Of a stretch of 61,056 nucleotides of DNA, positions 27,054 through 37,043 are shown in pieces. The position numbers and the translations under genes were made by a program. The DNA comes from a bacterium (lineage in GTDB: Bacteria > Desulfobacterota > DSWW01): assembly GCA_015486285.1 (NCBI GenBank), contig WFRX01000097.1:1-61056 (forward strand). The letters are read 5' to 3'. The notes below the pieces were generated by a model. The model ran no database searches, was not told where the DNA came from, and saw only the letters and a program-made list of their open reading frames with translations. Position 1 is the stretch's first letter. Each line of letters opens with the position of its first letter.

Positions 27054-29345
27054 TTGATTGTCACCCCGCTGGGAACCCTCTCGGCAAAGGAAAGAAATCA
27101 AAGGAGCACGGCCATAGCACGTTTCGGCAATCGCTACCATTACGTAACGGGTCTCATCGGTCTTGCGCTTGTCCTGTTCGCGATGACAGGCTGCACGAAC
27201 AACCCGTACCGTCCTTCCGAAAAGGGGAAGAACTACCTGTACAGCAGCTTCAGCGAGCCCCCCAAGCACCTCGACCCGGCGGTTTCCTATTCCTCCGATG
27301 AGTACGACTTCATCCTCCAGATCTACGAGCCTCCCTTGCAGTACCATTACTTGAAACGCCCCTACGAACTGGTCCCCCTGACCGCCCGCGAGGTGCCCGC
27401 GCCGAAGTACTACGACCGGGACGGGAAACGGCTCGAAGGGGACCCCCCTTCCGAAAAGGTCGCCAGGGCGGTCTATACCATCCGCATCCGGAAGGGAATC
27501 CTCTACCAGGAGCATCCCTGCTTCGCCAGGGATGCGGACGGCGCACGGGTCTATGACGACCTGACGGAAGCACAGCTCAAGGGGATCCGGGACATCAACG
27601 ACTTCCCGAAAAAAGGAACCCGCGAACTGACCGCCGCGGACTATGTGTACCAGATCAAGCGTCTTGCCCATCCGAAACTCGACTGCCCCTTGTTCAGCAC
27701 CATGGCGCACTACATCCTGGGCCTCGACGAACTGGCACAGGACCTCCAGGGAGAACTGAACCGCATCCGCGCCGAGAGGAGAAAGGGGCAAGGGGCCCTG
27801 TACAACCAGGAGAGAGACGAGCGGGAACACCCGATCCGGCTCGACCTCGACGCGTTTCCCCTGAAAGGGGCCCGCGTGGTGGGCCGGTACACGTACGAAA
27901 TCACGCTGAAGCGCAAATACCCCCAGTTCGTCTACTGGCTGGCCATGCCTTTCTTCGCACCCATGCCGCGCGAGGCAGACCGGTTTTTCGAGCAGGCCCC
28001 CCTCATCGCCCGAAACCTGAAGCTCGACAATCGTCCGGTGGGCACGGGCCCCTACAGGATGGAAACCTTTCGCCCGAACCGGGAGATCGTCCTGGCTCGA
28101 AACAAGAACTTCCACGGCGAAACCTACCCGGAAGAAGGGGAACCCGGAGACCGCGCGCTGGGGCTCCTCGACGATGCGGGCAAACCGCTTCCCTTCATCG
28201 ACAAGGCGATCTACAAGCAGGAGAAGGAGGCGATCCCACGCTGGAACAAGTTCCTGCAGGGATACTACGATACCTCCGGCATCATCAACGAGGTCTTCGA
28301 CCAGGCCGTACAGATGAACACCGAAGGGGACATCGAGCTTTCCGACACCATGAAAAAGAGGGGAATCCGGCTCCTGAAGGCCGTCACCACGGTGACGTAC
28401 TACTTCGCCTTCAACATGCTGGACGATGTGGTGGGCGGCTACACGCCGGAGAAGCGGAAGCTGCGCACGGCGATCTCGATCGCCGTGGATATGGAGGAAT
28501 GGATCCAGATCTTCGACAACGGCCGCGGCGTGCCCGCCCAGAGCATCCTGCCGCCGGGCATCTTCGGTTACCGGCCCGGACGGAAGGGGCTCAATCAATA
28601 CGTATACACGTGGAACGAGGAAGCAGGGGGGCCGCAGAGGCGATCCATCGAAGAGGCGAAGCGGCTCCTGGCGGAGGCGGGATATCCGGGGGGAAAGGAC
28701 CGGGAGGGGAACCCCTTGGTGATCCGCTTCGACACGGCCTGGACCGGGGCCTCCGCAAAGCCCCGCATCGATTGGCTCAGGAAACAGTTCAAGAAACTCG
28801 ACATCGACCTCCAGATTCGCCAGACCGATTACAACCGCTTCCAGGACAAGGTCAAGAAGGGGGATTTCCAGATCCTCTTCTGGGGCTGGCACGCGGACTA
28901 CCCGGATCCGGAAAACTTCCTGTTCCTCCTGTACGGCCCCAACGGCAAGGCGAGGCATGGGGGCGAGAATGCCGCGAATTATGCCAATGCCGCCTTCGAC
29001 TCCCTCTTCCGGCGGATGGAGTCCATGCAGAACAACCGGGAGCGGATGGCGATCATCGGCGAGATGCTCGAGATCGCGGGACGGGACGCGCCGATGATGT
29101 GGGGATACCACCCCGTGGCCTTCGGCCTGTACCATGAATGGTACCGGAATGCCAAGCCCATGACGATCGGCGGAAACACGCTGAAGTACAAGCGTATCGA
29201 CCCCCTGCTCCGGGAGCGGGAGCGGGAGGCCTGGAACCGGCCGATCCTGTGGCCCGTGGCCGCCTTCTTCGCTCTCCTTCTCCTGGCCGGGCTGCCCGCG
29301 GTCTACAAGGCCTGGCTGCGCCAGCGAAAGGGCGGTATGCCATGA
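27054..29345 (+). CDS. ABC transporter substrate-binding lipoprotein (family 5, peptide/nickel; YejA-like, enlarged)
   Basis: Lipobox-like LVLFAMTGC and a family-5 SBP body. The stop overlaps the permease ATG (ATGA). The start is uncertain: no in-frame ATG lies upstream of the signal peptide. Candidates are TTG 27054 or a non-canonical ATA at 27114, 7 nt after AAGGAG. The track start (26871) lies inside hairpin repeat A. Confidence 0.75.
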   Translation: MIVTPLGTLSAKERNQRSTAIARFGNRYHYVTGLIGLALVLFAMTGCTNNPYRPSEKGKNYLYSSFSEPPKHLDPAVSYSSDEYDFILQIYEPPLQYHYLKRPYELVPLTAREVPAPKYYDRDGKRLEGDPPSEKVARAVYTIRIRKGILYQEHPCFARDADGARVYDDLTEAQLKGIRDINDFPKKGTRELTAADYVYQIKRLAHPKLDCPLFSTMAHYILGLDELAQDLQGELNRIRAERRKGQGALYNQERDEREHPIRLDLDAFPLKGARVVGRYTYEITLKRKYPQFVYWLAMPFFAPMPREADRFFEQAPLIARNLKLDNRPVGTGPYRMETFRPNREIVLARNKNFHGETYPEEGEPGDRALGLLDDAGKPLPFIDKAIYKQEKEAIPRWNKFLQGYYDTSGIINEVFDQAVQMNTEGDIELSDTMKKRGIRLLKAVTTVTYYFAFNMLDDVVGGYTPEKRKLRTAISIAVDMEEWIQIFDNGRGVPAQSILPPGIFGYRPGRKGLNQYVYTWNEEAGGPQRRSIEEAKRLLAEAGYPGGKDREGNPLVIRFDTAWTGASAKPRIDWLRKQFKKLDIDLQIRQTDYNRFQDKVKKGDFQILFWGWHADYPDPENFLFLLYGPNGKARHGGENAANYANAAFDSLFRRMESMQNNRERMAIIGEMLEIAGRDAPMMWGYHPVAFGLYHEWYRNAKPMTIGGNTLKYKRIDPLLREREREAWNRPILWPVAAFFALLLLAGLPAVYKAWLRQRKGGMP

Positions 29346-30652
29346 CCGCCTACGTGATTCGCAGGGCCCTGTATGCAATTCCGATCGTGATCGGCGTCAA
29401 CTTGATCACCTTTATCCTGTTTTTCTTCGTCAATACCCCGGACGACATGGCCCGCGCGCACCTGGGGGCGAAACGCGTGACCGAAGAACAGATCTCCCGC
29501 TGGAAGCGCGAGCGCGGCTACCTGTACCCTTATTTCTACAACGACGGCTGGTCCGAGACCGCGGTCCGCCAGGTGAACGGAGCCGACGTATCGCTCCGTC
29601 TGAAAGCGCTGCCGGCGGGGGCGTACCGGCTGCGGATCGAGGCCCCGGAAGCGGACAAGGGACGCCTGGCCGTCGAAATGTCGACGGATGAAACCGCCCG
29701 CCTGGTCCTGCCGGATCGATCCGATCGAGGCCGGCTCCAAATCGACCTGGCGGACCGGACCCGGCGGACCTTCCCCTTCCGGCTCGAGTCGACGGACGGG
29801 ACACTCCACCCGATCCGCCTGTCATTCCGGCCCTCGAAGGGCGCCCCGATGGCCGTCGTGCGCCTGGACTTCAAGGAAGACCTTTCCCCGGCGGAGCGCT
29901 TTACGGAGACGATCTTCTGGAAGAAATCCGTGCAGCTTCTCTTGTTCCGGTTCGGCACTTCGGATGACGGCCGCAACATCGGCCGGGAAATCCGCAGCCG
30001 GATCACACCGAGCCTCGCCGTGACGCTGCCGATCTTCCTCATCGGCCTGTTCGTGAACATCACCGTGGCGGGCATCCTGGCCTTCTACCGGGGGACCTAT
30101 CTCGACTTCTGGGGGGTCGTCACATGCGTCGTGATGATGTCCGTGTCGATCCTGTTCTACGTCATCGGGGGCCAGTGGCTCCTCGGCAAGACCCTCCGGC
30201 TCGTGCCCGTCTCGGGCTACGATACCGGCATCCACGCCATCAAGTTCGTTCTTCTCCCCGTGCTGATCGGCGTCGTCAGCGGGATCGGCAACGGCGTGCG
30301 GTGGTATCGCACGATCTACCTGGAAGAGATGGGCAAGGACTATATCCGAACGGCCCGGGCCAAGGGGCTCCCCGAGTCGCTCGTTCTGTACAAGCACGCG
30401 CTGAAGAACGCGATGATCCCCATCCTGACGGGCGTCGTGGTGACGATCCCGTTCCTGTTCATCGGCAGCCTGGTACTCGAATCCTTTTTCGCCATCCCGG
30501 GCATGGGCAGCTTCACCCTGGAGGCGATCCAGCGCCAGGACTTCGCGATCGTCCAGGCCATGGTCTTTCTCGGCTCGGTCCTCTATATCGTGGGCCTGAT
30601 CATGACCGACATCTCCTACACCCTCGTGGATCCGAGGATCCGTCTGGAGTAA
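29342..30652 (+). CDS. ABC transporter permease (DppB/YejB-like) with ~130-aa periplasmic insertion
   Basis: N-terminus MTAYVIRRALYAIPIVIGVNLITFILFF and the EAA-type loop (YIRTARAKGL). There is an extra beta-rich segment between TM1 and TM2. Confidence 0.9.
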   Translation: MTAYVIRRALYAIPIVIGVNLITFILFFFVNTPDDMARAHLGAKRVTEEQISRWKRERGYLYPYFYNDGWSETAVRQVNGADVSLRLKALPAGAYRLRIEAPEADKGRLAVEMSTDETARLVLPDRSDRGRLQIDLADRTRRTFPFRLESTDGTLHPIRLSFRPSKGAPMAVVRLDFKEDLSPAERFTETIFWKKSVQLLLFRFGTSDDGRNIGREIRSRITPSLAVTLPIFLIGLFVNITVAGILAFYRGTYLDFWGVVTCVVMMSVSILFYVIGGQWLLGKTLRLVPVSGYDTGIHAIKFVLLPVLIGVVSGIGNGVRWYRTIYLEEMGKDYIRTARAKGLPESLVLYKHALKNAMIPILTGVVVTIPFLFIGSLVLESFFAIPGMGSFTLEAIQRQDFAIVQAMVFLGSVLYIVGLIMTDISYTLVDPRIRLE

Positions 30653-30664
30653 GGAGCCGAACGT

Positions 30665-32080
30665 ATGATCCGATTGTCCTTCGACGCCTTCCGCCTCGTT
30701 CTCCTGCCCACGGATCTCCTCCTCTTCCTGCTTCTCTTCGCAACGGCCGGCTTCCTGCTGCATGCCCGCCGGAAGGAATACTACCGGGCAGCATGGCGCC
30801 AGGTTCGGACAAAATCCCTTGCCATGATCTGCATGGGCATCTGCCTCTTGTACGCGTCGGTCGCCCTCATCGACTCGGTACGGTTTCAGAAGCGGGCTTC
30901 CGAGGTCGACGGCACGGAACAGAAGACCGAAACGGGATCCCCGGTTTACAGGACCGAGGTCCTCACGCTGCTCGACGCCCTCTGCTCCCGTCTGCTGGAA
31001 CATACCGAGAAGACATTCTCCGCCCCCTTTGCGGTGCATCAGTTCACGAAAGAGACCATCGAGCTTCCCGGGGGCAGGACGATCCGAGCCTATCCGAGGT
31101 TGCGGTACGGGGGTGCATCCCTCACCGACCCCCGACAGAAGTGGCCGCAGATCGGCCGGCTCGCCCTCGAGGGCCTGCTTGCCGGAGCCGGTGCGGGCGG
31201 GCTCCTGATCGCCCTGGCAGTCGGCCTTTTCGCGGCACGACGACGATTTTCGCAGGGAACCGATTCGACCGGGCCGGTTCGTTCCGGGCTCAGGGTGGGG
31301 GCCTTCCTGGCGGCCGTGGCCATCCTCGTCGGGATCCTGGCGAGCCTTTCCACGGAATACCACGTCTTCGGTACGGACCAGGTCGGCCGCGACGTGCTCT
31401 ACCGTGCGCTCAAAGGCTGCCGGGTCGGTTTGATTGTGGGGACCTTGACCACCCTCATCGCAACGCCTCTGGCCATCCTTTTCGGGATCATGGCCGGCTA
31501 CTTCGGCGGCCGGATCGACGACATCATTCAATACCTCTACACGACCCTGGACTCGATCCCGAGCATCCTGCTCATCGCCGCCGCGATGCTGATCGTCACG
31601 ACCCGCGTCGACGTACAGCAGGCCGCCCTGGCCTCGGACAGCCGGCTCCTCTGGCTCTGCGTGGTCCTGGGAATCGGAAGCTGGACCGGGCTGTGCCGCC
31701 TTCTTCGGGGCGAGACGCTGAAGGTTCGGGAGAACGAATACGTGGAAGCGGCCGAGGCCTTCGGGGTGAGCCGAATCGAGATCATGTTCCGCCATCTTCT
31801 GCCGAACGTTATGCACATCGTTCTGATCTCGACCATCCTGCGGTTCAGCGGGCTCGTCCTCGCAGAGGCGGTGCTCGCCTATGTGGGCATCGGCGTGGAC
31901 CCCGCTATGGAAAGCTGGGGCAACATGATCAATGCAGCGCGCCTGGACATCTCGCGCGACCCGATCGTCTGGTGGAACCTGCTGGCCGCCTTCGTATTCA
32001 TGTTCGGACTGGTCCTGCCCGCCAACATCTTCGGAGACGCGGTTCGGGACGCGCTCGATCCGAGATTGAAGACAGAGTAG
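30665..32080 (+). CDS. ABC transporter permease (DppC/YejE-like) with ~190-aa N-terminal extension
   Basis: The C-terminal 280 aa are a BPD_transp_1 core (GTDQVGRDVL.., YVEAAEAFGVS). The N-terminal extension has additional TM segments. Confidence 0.9.
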   Translation: MIRLSFDAFRLVLLPTDLLLFLLLFATAGFLLHARRKEYYRAAWRQVRTKSLAMICMGICLLYASVALIDSVRFQKRASEVDGTEQKTETGSPVYRTEVLTLLDALCSRLLEHTEKTFSAPFAVHQFTKETIELPGGRTIRAYPRLRYGGASLTDPRQKWPQIGRLALEGLLAGAGAGGLLIALAVGLFAARRRFSQGTDSTGPVRSGLRVGAFLAAVAILVGILASLSTEYHVFGTDQVGRDVLYRALKGCRVGLIVGTLTTLIATPLAILFGIMAGYFGGRIDDIIQYLYTTLDSIPSILLIAAAMLIVTTRVDVQQAALASDSRLLWLCVVLGIGSWTGLCRLLRGETLKVRENEYVEAAEAFGVSRIEIMFRHLLPNVMHIVLISTILRFSGLVLAEAVLAYVGIGVDPAMESWGNMINAARLDISRDPIVWWNLLAAFVFMFGLVLPANIFGDAVRDALDPRLKTE

Positions 32081-32090
32081 AAAAGCGATC

Positions 32091-34187
32091 ATGGAATCAG
32101 CGGCTGAAAAAACACGAGAGCGGAACGAGGAGCCTATCCTCGAGGTACGGGGCTTGAAGACCTACTTCAGGACATCGGAAGGGATCGCCCGCGCCGTGGA
32201 CGGCATATCCTTCCGGATCCGGGCGGGCGAGTCCTATGCGCTGGTCGGGGAATCGGGGTGCGGCAAGAGCGTGACCGCCCTTTCCATCATCCAGCTCGTC
32301 CAGGGGCCCTCGGGGTACATAGCGGGAGGAGGCATCGCGTACCGGGGGAGGGACATCGTTCACATCCCGGAGATCGAAAAGCGCGCGCTCCGCGGCAACG
32401 AGATCTCCATGATCTTCCAGGAGCCGATGACCAGCCTCAACCCGGTCTTCACGGTGGAACAACAACTCACAGAGGTGATACGGCGACACCGGAGAGTGGA
32501 CCGGCAGGAGGCGCGGCACGAAGCGCTCCGCATGCTGGAACGGGTCAAGCTCCCGGAACCCCGCCTGCGGTTGAAGGAGTACCCCCACCAGCTCTCCGGC
32601 GGGATGAAGCAGCGCGTGATGATCGCCATGGCCCTGGCGTGCCGGCCGGGTCTCCTGATCGCCGACGAACCGACCACCGCACTCGACGTGACGATCCAGG
32701 AACAGATCCTCGCCCTGATGCGGGAACTTCGCAGGGAGTTCGGCACCGCCGTGCTGCTCATTACGCACGACCTGGGCGTAGTCGCCGAGAATGCGGACCG
32801 CGTGGCCGTCATGTATGCGGGCAGAATCGTGGAAGAAGGCAGCCTGGAACAGATCCTCAGGGCCCCGGCGCACCCGTACACGGTGAAGCTGCTCGCTTCG
32901 CTCCCGTCCGCCGGGAAACGCCATGAAGCGCTCCAGACCATCGAGGGACGGGTCCCGCCGCCCACCCGCTTCCCCGAGGGCTGCCGTTTTGCACCCCGTT
33001 GTCACAAGGCGATGGAGATCTGCAGGGAGGTCGATCCGGAACTCGTGTACGTCGGAAACGGACACCGGACCGCCTGCGTCCTCTATGATGAAGGGAGACT
33101 CGGGCGCAAGGCGTCTCCCGAAGAGGTTCGGGCCCCGTCCCCGCCGAGACACCGGGACCACGGCTTCGCCGGCGCCGTTCCCCTGGTCAGGGTGCGGGGG
33201 CTGAAACTCTGGTTCCCGATCCGGCGCGGCCTCTTCAAGAAGGTCGTCGGCCAGGTGCGTGCCGTGGACGGCGTGGACCTGGAAATGCGGAGGGGCAGGA
33301 CGTCGGCGCTCGTGGGCGAATCCGGCTGCGGCAAGACGACCCTCGGCAAGGCGGTCCTGCAGCTCCTTCAACCGAGCGGGGGAAGCGTCGAATTCGATGG
33401 AACCGAACTCACGGGGCGCTCCAGGTCCGCCTTGAAGCCCTTCCGCCGCAAGCTCCAGATCATCTTCCAGGATCCTTTCAGCTCCCTCGATCCGCGCATG
33501 ATGATCGGCGACATCCTGACGGAAGGCATGGCGGCGCACCGGATGGGGAGATCAAGGCCGGAGAGGCTGGCTCGAGCGAAGGAACTGCTGGACAAGGTGG
33601 GACTGGACCCGCAGATGGTATACCGTTACCCCCACGAGTTCTCCGGCGGGCAGCGTCAGCGAATCGCCATCGCGCGGTGCCTGGCGGTCGAACCGGAGTT
33701 CATCGTTTGCGACGAGGCCACCAGTGCACTGGACGTCTCCGTTCAGGCCCAGGTCATCAACCTCCTGAAAAGGCTTCAGGAGGAGATGAATCTCACGTAC
33801 CTGTTCATCACCCACGATCTGTCGGTGGTCGAATACCTGGCAGACGAGGTCTGTGTGATGTATCTGGGACGGATCGTCGAAAGGGGCCTGAGCGAAGAGA
33901 TCTTTTCGAGCCCGAGGCATCCCTACACGCGGGCACTCCTCTCCGCGGTGCCCCGGATCGATCCGGATGCCGGCGTAAAGAAGATTCGTCTCGCGGGCGA
34001 TACGCCTTCACCGGCCCATCCCCCGGCGGGCTGCCACTTTCATCCCCGCTGCCCGGAGGCGATGGAAAGATGCTCGGGCGAGTATCCACGCCGATTCGAG
34101 TTCTCGGGGACCCATTCCGCCTGTTGCTGGCTGTATGCAGGACAAGGGTCAGGGATCGGGGATCAGGGATCATCAGGTCCAAGGTAA
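32091..34187 (+). CDS. fused double ABC ATPase (YejF-like), each half with an oligopeptide-type C-terminal Cys domain
   Basis: Two sets of Walker A (GESGCGKS / GESGCGKT), signature (LSGGMKQR / FSGGQRQR) and Walker B (LLIADEPT / FIVCDEAT). Two HPYT..C..PRC tails. Confidence 0.9.
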   Translation: MESAAEKTRERNEEPILEVRGLKTYFRTSEGIARAVDGISFRIRAGESYALVGESGCGKSVTALSIIQLVQGPSGYIAGGGIAYRGRDIVHIPEIEKRALRGNEISMIFQEPMTSLNPVFTVEQQLTEVIRRHRRVDRQEARHEALRMLERVKLPEPRLRLKEYPHQLSGGMKQRVMIAMALACRPGLLIADEPTTALDVTIQEQILALMRELRREFGTAVLLITHDLGVVAENADRVAVMYAGRIVEEGSLEQILRAPAHPYTVKLLASLPSAGKRHEALQTIEGRVPPPTRFPEGCRFAPRCHKAMEICREVDPELVYVGNGHRTACVLYDEGRLGRKASPEEVRAPSPPRHRDHGFAGAVPLVRVRGLKLWFPIRRGLFKKVVGQVRAVDGVDLEMRRGRTSALVGESGCGKTTLGKAVLQLLQPSGGSVEFDGTELTGRSRSALKPFRRKLQIIFQDPFSSLDPRMMIGDILTEGMAAHRMGRSRPERLARAKELLDKVGLDPQMVYRYPHEFSGGQRQRIAIARCLAVEPEFIVCDEATSALDVSVQAQVINLLKRLQEEMNLTYLFITHDLSVVEYLADEVCVMYLGRIVERGLSEEIFSSPRHPYTRALLSAVPRIDPDAGVKKIRLAGDTPSPAHPPAGCHFHPRCPEAMERCSGEYPRRFEFSGTHSACCWLYAGQGSGIGDQGSSGPR

Positions 34188-34202
34188 AAGGGCGAGGCCG
34201 AT

Positions 34203-35135
34203 ATGCATCGTGTGCTGATCACCGGGGCCAGCGGGTTCGTGGGCGAGAACCTTGCCCACCGTTTCGCGCGGGACACCGAGCCGGCCCTGGCCTACGGAAG
34301 GCACCGACCGCGGGCGTTGTCGGACAGGGCCTTCTCCGTCGACCTTTCCGTGCGGGGGGACTTTTCGAGGGCCCTCGAAGATCTGCATCCGGACACGGTC
34401 ATCCACACGGCGGCCATGACCAGCCCGGACCTCTGCGAGAAGAACCCGCGGATAGCGCGCGCCGTCAACGTGGAAGGCACCCGCGAGGTCGCGCGGTGGG
34501 CGGAGGCGAAGGGCGCCAGGATGATCTACTTCTCCACGGACCTCATTTTCGACGGCAAGCAGGGCTGGTACCGGGAAGAGGACACGCCCGGGCCCTTGAA
34601 CCTCTACGGGAGGACAAAACTCGAGGGAGAAGAGCAGGTCCTTCGAATCTGCACCCGGTGGGTGATCGTTCGGATGGCCTTGAGCTACGGGGAGACCCGG
34701 GGGGCCGGAGGAGACTGGACCCTGTCGATGCGCAAGGCCCTCAGCGCGGGCGGGACGCTCCGCCTGTACACGGACCAGTTCCGGACCCCGGCATACATAG
34801 GCGACACGGCGGAGGCCGTCTTCCGGCTCGCCCGGCACGACAAGAACGGGATCTACCACATGGGCGGCGCGGACAGGATCAGTCGCTACGGTTTCGGGCG
34901 GGTGTTCTGCCGCCTCTTCGGCCTGGAGGCAGAACGATTCGTGCCGGTCCGGATGGAGGAGGTACGGATGGACGCGCCCCGGGCAAAGGACTGCTCCCTC
35001 GACACGGAAAAGATCCGACGGGAAATCGGCCTGGCCCCGTGCGGCGTGGAACAGGGCCTGCGCCGCCAGAAGCAGGCGGAAGCCGCCCTCGACAAGGGGA
35101 ACGAATCCCCGCAGCGGCGGAGCGGCCCGGCCTGA
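34203..35135 (+). CDS. SDR-family NAD(P)-dependent sugar reductase (RmlD/dTDP-4-dehydrorhamnose reductase-like)
   Basis: ITGASGFVG Rossmann motif and YGRTKLEGE (YxxxK). Length and layout are RmlD-like; no rmlABC genes nearby. Confidence 0.7.
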   Translation: MHRVLITGASGFVGENLAHRFARDTEPALAYGRHRPRALSDRAFSVDLSVRGDFSRALEDLHPDTVIHTAAMTSPDLCEKNPRIARAVNVEGTREVARWAEAKGARMIYFSTDLIFDGKQGWYREEDTPGPLNLYGRTKLEGEEQVLRICTRWVIVRMALSYGETRGAGGDWTLSMRKALSAGGTLRLYTDQFRTPAYIGDTAEAVFRLARHDKNGIYHMGGADRISRYGFGRVFCRLFGLEAERFVPVRMEEVRMDAPRAKDCSLDTEKIRREIGLAPCGVEQGLRRQKQAEAALDKGNESPQRRSGPA

Positions 35136-35391
35136 CCCCTGCCCCGCCCCCCGACCCTGCACCGTGACCGCCTGTTCACAAAAGGCAGCGCCGGAAAACG
35201 GCCCAAAACGACAATCCTCTCTGCACGGTTCGCGCGAAGGGCACCGCAATCACCCGGTCGAAGCCATGCCGCCGTGCTGCCGGCCTGCTTCGGAAGACGC
35301 AGGGACCCTTTCGGAACGATTCTTGCCTCTCCCGCCCCTGTAACCTGCCCGACTCCTCTTTGCGTATACAGTACAGCCCGGAGGAAGGGAC

Positions 35392-36849
35392 ATGAAGGTC
35401 TCGTGCAGGATCGCCGGCAGCTTCACAGGCAGCGGACCCGGCACGGGCGCAAAGGCGTCCGGCCCCGTCCCCACCCTCGCGAAGAAGATGCAACAGAGCC
35501 GGTTCCTCATCACGGGATGCTACCTCCTGCTCGGCGGCCTTGCGTACGGCATCGGTGCCGTGGAAGACAACATGGCAAGGGTCCTCTTTGCGATCGCCGT
35601 CATGCCGCTTTCGAGCCTCTTCTCGCTCTGGTTGATGCACAGGCTGCCGGGAGTTCAGTCAACCATCACCGCGGTCAACCTCGTGCTGGACACCCTGCTG
35701 ACCTCCTGGGTCATCTTCTGGACCGGCGGCACCCTGAGCCCCTGCCTCCCCTTCTATCTCACCACCGTAATGGCCGCCTCCTTCCGGTTCGGCCCCCGCG
35801 GCAGCCTGCTTTCCACCCTGCTCGCCGTCGCCTGCTATTGCGTGGTGGGCGCCCTGGGCCCGGATCCGCCGGCCACCCTTCACGCCGCAGCCGGCATGAC
35901 CCTGCGGATCGCCTTCCTGTTCGCGGCGGCGGGCTTCGGAATTCGCGCCCTCCACCAGAACCTCGAACGCTACCGGAAGGAGAAGGCCCTGAACCGCAGC
36001 CTGGAAGAGACCAACCAGGCCCTCGCCGCCGCCTACCAGGACCTCCGGACGACGCAGGACCAGCTCCTCCACGCAGAAAAGCTCGCCTCCCTCGGACAAC
36101 TCGTCGCCGGAGTGGCCCATGAAATCAACAACCCCATCAGCTTTGTGTACGGAAATCTCGTTCATCTCAAGACATACGTACAGCGACTGGAATCGCTGCT
36201 CTCCCTTGACGACAACCTGCCCCTGTCCGGCCCGGTTCTCGAACGGCGGGAGGCGATCAAGAAGGCCATCGATTACGATTACCTGATGGAAGACCTCCAC
36301 GGCGCTCTCGGGTCGTGCTTCAAGGGGGCGAAGCGGATCCAGGGGATTGTCGGCTCGCTGCTCGACTTCTGCCGTATGCGAAAGCCCGCGTTCCACCCCG
36401 TGGACCTCCGGGAGACCATCGAAAACGCCCTGTGCATACTGGGAAGCAAGATCCCGGCAGACGTTCAGGTCCGACGCGAATACACGGCGGGGGACTGTAC
36501 GATCCGGGGCGATGCGAACCAGCTCAGCCAGCTCTTCTTGAATCTCCTCGCAAACGCCCTGGACGCACTCGAGGGCCGGGGCACCATACGGGTAAGGGCC
36601 TTCAGCCGGCGGGACGGGGACAACCGGGAGAGGGTATTCGTAGAGGTGGAAGACAACGGGCCGGGCATCCCCCCTGAGGATCGAGCCCGGATCTTCGAGC
36701 CCTTCTTCACGACCAAGGACGTGGGAAGGGGCACCGGCCTGGGCCTGTCGATCGCTTACAGCATCGCCAAACGGCACAAAGGCGAACTGGCCGTGCAGAC
36801 CGGCTCCCCCCGGGGCGCTCTCTTTCGCGTCTCGCTGCCCGCGGCCTGA
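35392..36849 (+). CDS. membrane-bound sensor histidine kinase
   Basis: Multiple N-terminal TM helices, H-box ([12 protein letters not shown]) and N/G boxes ([25 protein letters not shown]). The ATG at 35392 is preceded by GGAGGAAGGG; an alternative ATG lies at 35488. Confidence 0.85.
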   Translation: MKVSCRIAGSFTGSGPGTGAKASGPVPTLAKKMQQSRFLITGCYLLLGGLAYGIGAVEDNMARVLFAIAVMPLSSLFSLWLMHRLPGVQSTITAVNLVLDTLLTSWVIFWTGGTLSPCLPFYLTTVMAASFRFGPRGSLLSTLLAVACYCVVGALGPDPPATLHAAAGMTLRIAFLFAAAGFGIRALHQNLERYRKEKALNRSLEETNQALAAAYQDLRTTQDQLLHAEKLASLGQLVAGVAHEINNPISFVYGNLVHLKTYVQRLESLLSLDDNLPLSGPVLERREAIKKAIDYDYLMEDLHGALGSCFKGAKRIQGIVGSLLDFCRMRKPAFHPVDLRETIENALCILGSKIPADVQVRREYTAGDCTIRGDANQLSQLFLNLLANALDALEGRGTIRVRAFSRRDGDNRERVFVEVEDNGPGIPPEDRARIFEPFFTTKDVGRGTGLGLSIAYSIAKRHKGELAVQTGSPRGALFRVSLPAA

Positions 36850-36995
36850 GAAAAAAAAGGAAAAGAAAAGAAAAAAGGGGACAGACCTATTTTTCTCCCT
36901 TTCGCGTCTCGCTGCCCGCGGCCTGGAAAAAAGCAAAAGGGAAAAAAGGAGAAAAAAGGGAGAAAAAAGAAAAATAGGTCCGTCCCCTTTTTTCC
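36818..36995. repeat. duplicated gene-3'-end + polypurine tracts + 20-bp inverted repeat
   Basis: 31-nt direct repeat CTC(T/C)CTTTCGCGTCTCGCTGCCCGCGGCCTG at 36818-36848 (end of the kinase CDS) and 36895-36925. Each copy is followed by an A/G-only tract. IR GGGGACAGACCTATTTTTCT (36877-36896) pairs with AGAAAAATAGGTCCGTCCCC (36968-36987) and is followed by T6. Confidence 0.8.
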
Positions 36996-37043
36996 TGTTG
37001 GGTACGATCCCAGCCCTTTCCGAAGGCAGCCGATGGCCGTATA

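Noticed and set aside
24875-32092. Minus-strand ORFs of 648, 827 and 756 aa (24875-26821, 26895-29378, 29822-32092) covering purL/purQ and the ABC transporter
   Set aside because: These are shadow ORFs with no motifs. The plus-strand genes have complete PurL/PurQ and ABC signatures and operon-like spacing.
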